DNA from: Marispirochaeta sp.
GTDB lineage: Bacteria > Spirochaetota > Spirochaetia > JC444 > Marispirochaetaceae
Assembly (NCBI GenBank): GCA_963676835.2
Contig: CAXXFF010000003.1
Location: 864,001 to 928,000 of the forward strand
Direction: 5' to 3'
DNA: 64,000 nt
Both the position numbers and the translations under genes were made by a program. Every line of letters begins with the position of its first letter. Within the stretch, counting starts at the first letter, position 1. The notes under the pieces were generated by a model. The model was not told where the DNA came from. It saw only the letters and a list, made by a program, of their open reading frames with translations, and ran no database searches. Shown here one piece after another: positions 1 through 7,377 of the stretch.

Positions 1-2
1 CC

Positions 3-74
3 CTGGAGGACACCCTGTTTCCGCCTGAACTGATTATCAGGAAGTCAACCGGACCTGCCCGGGGAAAAAAATAG
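3..74 (+). CDS. 3' end of a probable LacI-family transcriptional regulator (truncated by the window edge)
   Basis: Frame from position 3 reads LEDTLFPPELIIRKSTGPARGKK*. PELIIRKST matches the typical LacI C-terminal P-x-L-I-x-R-x-S-T motif. Confidence 0.6.
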   Translation: MEDTLFPPELIIRKSTGPARGKK

Positions 75-105
75 AGGCTGTCCGGGTTTATCCCAAACAG
101 CCTCT
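73..105. terminator. Hairpin between the convergent LacI-like gene and tRNA-Arg (probably bidirectional)
   Basis: AGAGGCTGT...ACAGCCTCT inverted repeat with A/T flanks. Confidence 0.65.
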
Positions 106-109
106 TATG

Positions 110-183
<74 letters not shown>

Positions 184-195
184 AGACTGGGGCTA

Positions 196-224
196 AGAAT
201 AATGATGACAGGCCCGGATGTCAA
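196..224 (-). promoter_or_regulatory. Sigma70-type promoter for tRNA-Arg
   Basis: TTGACA-17 bp-TATTCT on the minus strand just upstream of the tRNA. Confidence 0.7.
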
Positions 225-268
225 GACGCGATTGTTGGTAACATACTCCTAATTTTACCTGAACAGTA

Positions 269-297
269 TTGACACTTTCAGCCGCCTTCGGTATAAA
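269..297 (+). promoter_or_regulatory. Sigma70-type promoter for tRNA-Phe
   Basis: TTGACA-17 bp-TATAAA, 13 bp upstream of the tRNA. Confidence 0.75.
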
Positions 298-310
298 TAT
301 CCCCACGCGT

Positions 311-383
<73 letters not shown>

Positions 384-389
384 CCTATC

Positions 390-421
390 AACCGTATCCC
401 TTTCGGGGGGTACGGTTTTTT
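390..421 (+). terminator. Rho-independent terminator of tRNA-Phe
   Basis: ACCGTATCCC...GGGTACGGT stem followed by a T-run. Confidence 0.85.
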
Positions 422-425
422 ATTA

Positions 426-543
426 CCCTGCGTACCGCAGGGCAAAGCCCGAGGAACGCAGGGCGGACGAGCGCGGCTTGCATACTCACGTACCGGAAGC
501 CTCAAGGCTGAGGAACGTGAGCCTCCGAGCAAACGCGCGGTCC
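426..543. repeat. GC-rich multi-hairpin intergenic element (REP-like)
   Basis: Hairpins CCCTGCG/CGCAGGG and GCCC/GGGC, then nested stems GGAC/GTCC, GCGCG/CGCGC, TTGC/GCAA, CTCACGT/ACGTGAG, CCTCA/TGAGG. Confidence 0.5.
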
Positions 544-1013
544 GGCAGCATTTCACCTGAAACAAACATCTTCCCCCGCAGGTAGTTTCGACTCCGCTCA
601 ACCACCGTTTAAACCAGGCGAAAAGCCTGCCCATCCGCGCTTTGATTTCACAGATAAACAGATAGAATCAATACATCATCCATCTCAATACCGGCAGCAC
701 TTCACATGACACAAACATCTTCCCCCACATGTAGTTTCGACTCCGCTCAACCACCGCTTAAACCAGGCGAAAAGCCTGCCCATCCGCGCTTTGATTTCAC
801 AGATAAACAGATAGAATCAATACATCATCCATCTCAATACCGGCAGCACTTCACCTGATACAAACATCTTCCCCCGCAGGTAGTTTCGACTCCGCTCAAC
901 CACCGCTTAAACCAGGCGAAAAGCCTGCCCATCCGCGCTTTGATTTCACAGATAAACAGATAGAATCAATACATCATCCATCTCAATACCGGCAGCACTT
1001 CACATGCAACAAA
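542..1013. repeat. 149-bp tandem repeat, three full copies plus a partial fourth
   Basis: Unit starts CCGGCAGCA at 542, 691, 840 and 989. Only six positions vary among the three full copies. Confidence 0.97.
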
Positions 1014-1019
1014 ACACCT

Positions 1020-1811
1020 CTACACGTGAACAACATCCCGCAGCCTTTTCAAAGGCGCTCTCAGCCTTACAGCAATATCCCGGAGAAGCTCCCCGGGTTC
1101 TGCAGTAGCAAGAACTATGGCAGGGATGTTTTTAGCCGGAAACTTTACAGCCAGAGTAAGAACCTCGTCTCGGAGATTGGCTTTAGGGTCCAGAGGAACC
1201 GAGGGCTTCCCGTCAGTTATAAGAATCATCTGGGCAAGATCATTGGGGTGGCGGATCCGTTCACCGTGGACTGTCTGCAGAACCGTATGAAGGCCATGTG
1301 CCAGGGGAGTACCCCCTCCGGTGGCAATGGCCTGCAGTTCGTGCCGGGCCCGGGCAATACTGGTTGTGGGCGGAAGAATTACCCTTGCCTCATCGTTATA
1401 GAATACGATTACCCCTACCCGGTAACGCTTCTGATACGCCTGAGTAAGAAGGCCGAGCACCGCACCCTTGGCCAGTTTTATCTGTTCTTCAACCAGCATG
1501 GAATCGGAGGAATCCAGCAGGAAAATAATTGTTTTCTTAACCGGCTGAACCCGCAGCCGGCAGCGCAGATCCTCAGGGGTGATGCCGTCACCGGAAAAGG
1601 TGGATTCCCCGGGCTTTCGGCGCATGGCTGCTGCAAGGCAGGTAGCAAGAGGATCGAGTTCGTTGACCCGGTCCCCGGCTTTTACTTTTACCGAGGCAAT
1701 ATGACGCCCGGTGCGGGAGATTCGCACCTGCTTCCGTCCCGGAAGAACAGTGTGCTCATCCAGGGAAAGCTTAAGGGGCGTTTCATCCCCTAAAAGGACA
1801 ATGTTGGATGC
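1020..1811 (-). CDS. chlD: vWA (MIDAS) C-terminal half of a ChlD/BchD-type chelatase medium subunit, reached by -1 frameshift from the upstream ORF
   Basis: FLLDSSDSM MIDAS motif, GGGTPL and ILITDG. The frame is open without stops from the A9G run at 1811-1820 through the GTG at 1727. Confidence 0.8.
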   Translation of the reverse strand, partial: ASNIVLLGDETPLKLSLDEHTVLPGRKQVRISRTGRHIASVKVKAGDRVNELDPLATCLAAAMRRKPGESTFSGDGITPEDLRCRLRVQPVKKTIIFLLDSSDSMLVEEQIKLAKGAVLGLLTQAYQKRYRVGVIVFYNDEARVILPPTTSIARARHELQAIATGGGTPLAHGLHTVLQTVHGERIRHPNDLAQMILITDGKPSVPLDPKANLRDEVLTLAVKFPAKNIPAIVLATAEPGELLRDIAVRLRAPLKRLRDVVHV

Positions 1812-2965
1812 TTTTTTTTTAGGTATGAAAAGACAGGCACTCCACCTGCGATATTTCCGGGGAAAACATCATCATCGGCATTGAAGAGGGGAAACTTGTC
1901 ATCCTCTTCCTGGTCTTCTTCTCCATTATAAAAGGGCATTTCGCCGAACATTTCATTCAAAGCATCCTTCAGCTCATCAGGAAGATCCATGCCGCCTTTT
2001 TCGATGTAGCGGTCAAGACGATGAGGCAACGCCATGGTTGCAGCCTGAATAATGTCCCCAGGAGATACTGAATCGCGGTCCATAAACGCTGCCAGAGCTG
2101 CAGCAACCTTGATAATGGTTATCTCCGCACGATGCCCCTGGGCCCCGACTTTTACCGCCAGAGTGGATGCACTGTCCAGAATTTCATCGGGGATGACAAT
2201 TTCAGACAGATTTTCCCGGGCCCGGGCAATCTGCTGCCGAAGGGCATCCTGGGAGTCTGCCCAGCCTTCAACGAAGTTCCGGGGATCTTTTTCAAAAGAC
2301 ATGCGACGCCGGATAAGTTCACTCCGTTTTTTGACATCCTTTTCTCCGGTAACGCTTATACAGAGACCGAAGCGGTCGAGAAACTGAGGCCGGAGTTCAC
2401 CCTCTTCGGGGTTCATGGTTCCTATAAGAATAAACTTTGAGGGGTGAACCTCGGAGAGTCCTTCCCTCTCAACCCGGTTTATACCGGATGCGGCTGTATC
2501 CAGCAGGAGATCCACCAGGTGGTCATCCAGCAGGTTAACCTCATCAACATAAAGAATTCCCCGGTTGGCAGCCGCAAGCAGCCCTGGATCAAAAACCCGC
2601 TCTCCCGCATGTATAGCCTTTTCAACATGAAGAGATCCAACAAGACGGTCTTCCGTAGCTCCCAGGGGAAGCTGCACCAGAGGCACCGCCATTTCAACTT
2701 CAGGCAGAGGCATTCCGCTTTCTGCCTTCTGACGGCAGGATTCATGGACAAAGTTTTTTGCCTGGGGATCGCAGTGATAGGGACAGCCTTCAACCACTTT
2801 AAGGGGAAGAAGAAGGTCTGCAAGCGCCCGGACAGCGGTGCTTTTTGCTGTTCCCTTATGTCCACGGATAAGCACACCGCCAATGGACGGGTCAATGGCA
2901 TGGAGAATAAGTGCGGTCTTCATGGCCTCCTGGCCGACAATAGCTGTAAAAGGAAACTGGAGCAT
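1790..2965 (-). CDS. chlI: Mg/Co-chelatase ChlI/BchI-type AAA+ ATPase
   Basis: FPFTAIVGQE, Walker A GHKGTAKST, LPLGATEDRLVG, LYVDEVNLL, GTMNPEEGELRPQFLDRFG, acidic C-terminal linker. Confidence 0.92.
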   Translation of the reverse strand: MLQFPFTAIVGQEAMKTALILHAIDPSIGGVLIRGHKGTAKSTAVRALADLLLPLKVVEGCPYHCDPQAKNFVHESCRQKAESGMPLPEVEMAVPLVQLPLGATEDRLVGSLHVEKAIHAGERVFDPGLLAAANRGILYVDEVNLLDDHLVDLLLDTAASGINRVEREGLSEVHPSKFILIGTMNPEEGELRPQFLDRFGLCISVTGEKDVKKRSELIRRRMSFEKDPRNFVEGWADSQDALRQQIARARENLSEIVIPDEILDSASTLAVKVGAQGHRAEITIIKVAAALAAFMDRDSVSPGDIIQAATMALPHRLDRYIEKGGMDLPDELKDALNEMFGEMPFYNGEEDQEEDDKFPLFNADDDVFPGNIAGGVPVFSYLKKKHPTLSF

Positions 2966-3089
2966 AAACTGTAAGACCTCGCTTGCTGGATTACGGGGTA
3001 GAATGTAAGAAATAACTGCTTACGGGGTCAAGGGAAAAACAGGGACAATACAATATCAGAATACCCGTTATCATCCTGAACCACACTAT

Positions 3090-4271
3090 TTAATAGCTGA
3101 CCTCCAGTGGTATCAGACTGCTTGTATAGGTTCCATCACCAAGCTGTCCGAAACCGTTATATCCCCAGAGCCATAGGGTTCCATCTCTTTTAAGGGCCAT
3201 GGATGTTTTTTCTCCGGCATCAACTGCCACCCAGTCGCTGTCGGATCCAACCTGTACCGGAGAGCTTTCCACATTGAAATAGCCCTTGTTTATTCCCAGC
3301 TGACCATAATAATCCTGTCCCCAGGCATAGAGGGTCCCATTGCTTTTCAAAGCGAGAGAGTGTTCTTCTCCCGCGGCTACGGCTATCCAGTCACTCTCTG
3401 TTCCCAACTGAACCGGACTGAATTGATCAGTACTCACAGCACCCAGTCCGAGTTTCCCGTACGCATAACTGCCCCAGGAGTAGAGTTTACCATGGAGTAT
3501 ACCCAGAGTATGCCGGGTACCGGCAGAAATATCTGACCAGCCTGAAGCGCTTCCCACCTGCTGAGGTGAAGTCTGATTATCTGAAACAACGCCGATACCT
3601 AGCCTGCCATACGAATAAAAACCCCAGGCATATAACTCGCCTGCAGATGTTATCCCCATAGAGTAGGCGACTCCGGCGGAAACAGTCTCCCATTGTTTAT
3701 CTCCGATCAGTACCGGAATTGTGACATTACTGCCGGAGCTGTCATATCCGACCTGACCTGCGCTGTTGTACCCCCAGCCGTAGAGCTTTCCTTCTTCGCT
3801 TACCGCCAGGGAGTGGTAATAGCCGGCGGAGATTGCTCTCCAGGAGGTGTCTGGAAAAGATATGAGGGAAGGTGTAAGAAGTTCTGTGTCATTTGTTCCC
3901 AGCTGGCCGTAGTCACCTCCACCCCAGGAGTACAGGGAACCTGCAGCGGTAATTCCGAGGGAATGATCTTCACCTGCAGAAACGCGATCCCAGTTGAGCG
4001 AACCGACAGGTACAGGATCAGAAAGTCCCTGGGTGGAAGTAGAGCCCGTACCAACCTGGCCGTAACGGTTATCTCCCCAGCCATACAGACTCTGGTCATT
4101 GATTATCCATAAGCTGTGGTTAGTCCCGAGTGCTGCTGCACTCCAGACAAGGGGCGATACAGAAGATCCGGCAGCTGCGGATCCGCAGGCACTGAGGACT
4201 AACCCGAAAACCCCAAAGAGCATTATTCCCGCAGCCTGACGAAGAACCTTACTTTCATTTTTTTGTATCAT
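3090..4271 (-). CDS. RCC1/BLIP-II beta-propeller lipoprotein 1
   Basis: About seven repeats of SAG..HSL.....G.LY.WG....GQLG; lipobox LSAC; start taken at MIQKNESK. Confidence 0.88.
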   Translation of the reverse strand: MIQKNESKVLRQAAGIMLFGVFGLVLSACGSAAAGSSVSPLVWSAAALGTNHSLWIINDQSLYGWGDNRYGQVGTGSTSTQGLSDPVPVGSLNWDRVSAGEDHSLGITAAGSLYSWGGGDYGQLGTNDTELLTPSLISFPDTSWRAISAGYYHSLAVSEEGKLYGWGYNSAGQVGYDSSGSNVTIPVLIGDKQWETVSAGVAYSMGITSAGELYAWGFYSYGRLGIGVVSDNQTSPQQVGSASGWSDISAGTRHTLGILHGKLYSWGSYAYGKLGLGAVSTDQFSPVQLGTESDWIAVAAGEEHSLALKSNGTLYAWGQDYYGQLGINKGYFNVESSPVQVGSDSDWVAVDAGEKTSMALKRDGTLWLWGYNGFGQLGDGTYTSSLIPLEVSY

Positions 4272-4689
4272 CCTGTTTTTCCTGTCCCGGTACAGTCCCG
4301 GGATCATCCTCAGGAAAAATATATCCTCAGGGAAAACAGGAAACAACTTATTTATGACTTTTTTTATAATATTTAAGAACTGTGAGAATCGGACGTCTCT
4401 TATTTGTTAAAATTGCCGGATTCCCCCTCCCTACTTTCCAACAGGAAAACAGCAGAAAGAATCCGGAAAGTAGTACCACAAGATAAAATTTACGCTTTTT
4501 CGCATAGCCTTCTATTCCTGCCATTACCAATACAGTAGGGCAGGAATATTTCCGACAAAAATCAGAATGATGAATATAGTTCTGCAACCTCGGTTTCACT
4601 GAGAGAACGATCATAGAAGATTACATCTTCCATATAGCCTAAAAAAAGCCGGTCTCTGTCTGTTCAATACAAAAACCGGCCGGGGTTGG

Positions 4690-5856
4690 TTACTGTTCTA
4701 CCTTTGTGGGGATAAGCACATTCGAGCTTCCGCCATCGCCAAGCTGGCCGACATTATTCCGGCCCCAGGTCCACAGGGTTCCATCGTTTTTAACTGCGGC
4801 AGAGTGGGAAACAGCTGAGTTCACAGAACTCCAGCTTCCCGTATCTATCTGCTGCGGAGTATCAGCACGGACGGTCGTCCCGGTACCCAGCTGGCCGTAG
4901 GCATTCAGGCCCCATGCCCACAGAGTGCCATCCTGCCGGATTGCCACTGTGTGGTCTTCACCCATGGCTACCGCAGACCATGTATCAGTGCCGGTCTGCA
5001 CCAGTGTTGCATTGGTGTTGAGATTTACTCCATTTCCAAGCTGTCCCAGGCTATTATAACCACAACCCCAGAGGGTACCATCGCTCTTAACCGCCAGGGT
5101 ATCCCGGCTGCCGATACTTACCTGTTTCCAGTTTTCGGTGCTGATTTTTACAGGCACAAGAGATTGCGTTGTGGTGCCGTCACCCAGAACGCCATATGTG
5201 TTGTATCCCCAGGTCCACAAGGTCCCGTCGGATTTTATCGCCCCGGTATGCTTATCCCAGGAAGAGACATCAGTCCAGGTTTCCGGTGATTCACCGGTCA
5301 GCAACTGCTGCATAGTCTTGATAGAGGAAACCGTGCTGCCGATCCCGAGGTTACCATAAATGTTATACCCCCAGACCCACAAAGTCCCGTCACTCTTTAT
5401 GGCGAAGCAGTTTCTCTGACCGGCGACTGCCATACTCCAGGTATCTGTACTAATCTGCTTCAGCTCTGTCGATGCAGTGGTCGAACCATCACCCAGCTGA
5501 CCATAATCATTGTATCCCCAGGTCCAAAGGGTTCCGTCGCTGTGAATGGCAACTGCATGGTTTCTTCCTGCAGAAACAGAATACCAGCTTTCGGCACTAA
5601 TCTGCTCAGGAGTTGCGGAGATCATATTGTCAACATTCAAACTGGTGCTGTTATCTCCCCAGAACCACAAAGTTCCATCTGTTCGGATTCCGGCAGTCCA
5701 GGTACCCGCAGCAGCGATGGAAGACCATTGAACCGCATCAGGAATGTCACCACCGGAACCGCCGGCACCACCGCCATCGCAGGAAAATAACAGACCAATA
5801 CACATAATCAGGACACAAATGCCGGCGAGTTTTCTTAACCACCAAATCTCTTTCAT
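4690..5856 (-). CDS. RCC1/BLIP-II beta-propeller lipoprotein 2
   Basis: Repeats of AI.SDGTLW.WG.N.YGQLG; lipobox LFSC with Gly-rich tether; GGAG RBS before MKEIWW. Confidence 0.9.
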   Translation of the reverse strand: MKEIWWLRKLAGICVLIMCIGLLFSCDGGGAGGSGGDIPDAVQWSSIAAAGTWTAGIRTDGTLWFWGDNSTSLNVDNMISATPEQISAESWYSVSAGRNHAVAIHSDGTLWTWGYNDYGQLGDGSTTASTELKQISTDTWSMAVAGQRNCFAIKSDGTLWVWGYNIYGNLGIGSTVSSIKTMQQLLTGESPETWTDVSSWDKHTGAIKSDGTLWTWGYNTYGVLGDGTTTQSLVPVKISTENWKQVSIGSRDTLAVKSDGTLWGCGYNSLGQLGNGVNLNTNATLVQTGTDTWSAVAMGEDHTVAIRQDGTLWAWGLNAYGQLGTGTTVRADTPQQIDTGSWSSVNSAVSHSAAVKNDGTLWTWGRNNVGQLGDGGSSNVLIPTKVEQ

Positions 5857-5936
5857 ATGCACACTCCATATGCACTGTCCGCTCATGAGAAGACAGCAGA
5901 AAATATGGCAGAGTGTTGCATAAATTCAAAACCCTG

Positions 5937-5979
5937 AAACTGTAACTTACAACAGGGTTTTACCTGCAATTTTGCGCAG
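5937..5979. promoter_or_regulatory. Tandem 16-bp box pair upstream of RCC1 gene 2
   Basis: 34 of 43 positions identical to 7239-7281; boxes CTGTAACTTACAACAG and CTGCAATTTTGCGCAG start 24 bp apart. Confidence 0.6.
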
Positions 5980-6026
5980 TATGGATACATGTGCTGTCTG
6001 CAGTTACAGAAAGTCCTTCACCTCAT

Positions 6027-7169
6027 TCACTGCTCTCTGCAATACGGATTCAATACATTTACTGTAGAACCATTACCAATTTGCCCCTGACTGTTGTTTC
6101 CCCATGACCACAGGCTCCCATCGCCTCTGATTGCCATAGAGAAAGAAGAGCCCGCCGAAATCATTGACCAACTGCCGGTCCCGAAGAGATGGGGAATTGT
6201 ATTGGATGTGGTAGTACCGTCGCCAAGTTGTCCTGAACCATTGGCCCCCCAGATCCACATAGTCGCATCCGGTTTCACTGCGACAGTAAAGTAATAACCC
6301 AGGGAAACTGAACTGTATACACCGCTGCCAACCTGCTGCGGGACACTCGTACTGCTTGTAGTTCCATCTCCCAGCTGCCCGAGCTGATTATCACCCCAGG
6401 CCCACAGGGTACCGTCGCTTTTTAATCCGACGGTATTATGAAAACCTGCAGCAACAGATTGCCATGTATCCGTACCAATCTGCTGCGGAGTATCGGCATC
6501 AACGGTGGTTCCAATACCCAGCTGACCGGTGTCGTTGTACCCCCATACCCATAATGTGCCGTCCGCCTTAATCCCCGCCGAGAACCAGTAACCTGCGGAT
6601 ACTGCAGTCCATTTATCAGTACCTATCTGCTGCGGCGACAATGCAGTTACCGTAGATCCGTTGCCGATCTGCCCGTGATTGTTGCGTCCCCATGCCCATA
6701 GAGTTTCGTCGGATTTTATGGCAAGGGTATGTGCAAATCCCGCAGAAACATCAATCCAGGCTTCAGTCCCAATCTGCTGCGGGCTTACAGCATTAACCGT
6801 TGTTCCGTCTCCCAGGGCACCATAGGAGTTTGCCCCCCAGGCCCATAGGGTATTATCAGTACGTATGGCTGCGGTGTGTTCGTTTCCGGCAGAGACTGTT
6901 TTCCAGACAAACTGCCCCACGCGCTGAGGGAATAATGCATTTTCAGTTGATCCGTTACCCAGCTGTCCGGAAGCATTATACCCCCAGGTCCATAACGTTC
7001 CATCCTCCCTTATAGCCGTACTATATGAATTACCGGCCTCAATAAAGTTCCAGGAGAGAGACTCATAGCCGGAACTGCCGGCACCACTGTGATCACAGGC
7101 CGCAATAATAAGCAATAGTATTATTCCCATACCTGCTGCTGCACAGTTTTTCAGCTTCACAAAAACCAC
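6027..7169 (-). CDS. RCC1/BLIP-II beta-propeller lipoprotein 3
   Basis: Seven DGTLW.WG.N..GQLG repeats; lipobox IAAC; GTG start with AAGGAG RBS. Confidence 0.9.
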   Translation of the reverse strand: MVFVKLKNCAAAGMGIILLLIIAACDHSGAGSSGYESLSWNFIEAGNSYSTAIREDGTLWTWGYNASGQLGNGSTENALFPQRVGQFVWKTVSAGNEHTAAIRTDNTLWAWGANSYGALGDGTTVNAVSPQQIGTEAWIDVSAGFAHTLAIKSDETLWAWGRNNHGQIGNGSTVTALSPQQIGTDKWTAVSAGYWFSAGIKADGTLWVWGYNDTGQLGIGTTVDADTPQQIGTDTWQSVAAGFHNTVGLKSDGTLWAWGDNQLGQLGDGTTSSTSVPQQVGSGVYSSVSLGYYFTVAVKPDATMWIWGANGSGQLGDGTTTSNTIPHLFGTGSWSMISAGSSFSMAIRGDGSLWSWGNNSQGQIGNGSTVNVLNPYCREQ

Positions 7170-7238
7170 TACAATACTCCTTAACAGGGCATACTCATGC
7201 CTGAAATGGTTTTAGTATTTCATATTGATAAGAAGGAT

Positions 7239-7281
7239 AAACTGTAAGTTACTGCAGGTTTTTAGCTGCAGTTTACTGCAG
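7239..7281. promoter_or_regulatory. Tandem 16-bp box pair in the divergent region between RCC1 gene 3 and the kinases
   Basis: Boxes CTGTAAGTTACTGCAG and CTGCAGTTTACTGCAG start 24 bp apart; paralogous to 5937-5979. Confidence 0.6.
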
Positions 7282-7377
7282 GGATGATGGAATATTTATT
7301 TGCAAGTATCTGCATTTATGATATAAAAACTTCACATTACCAGATTATATAAGAAAGACAGCTTACAAAGGTAAACA

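Noticed and set aside
542..1013. CRISPR array
   Set aside because: The units are near-identical over all 149 bp with no unique spacers, and there are no cas genes in the window.
1020..1727. Independent vWA gene starting at GTG 1727
   Set aside because: There is no convincing RBS, and the frame stays open up to the slippery run. It is better explained as the frameshifted half of chlD, though independent initiation is not excluded.
1026..1793. 255-aa plus-strand ORF
   Set aside because: It is an antisense shadow of the vWA coding region with no recognisable motifs.
4348..4614. 88-aa ORF with an LFSC lipobox-like segment
   Set aside because: There is no clear RBS or domain and it sits in an AT-rich intergenic region. 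I cannot support it as a gene.
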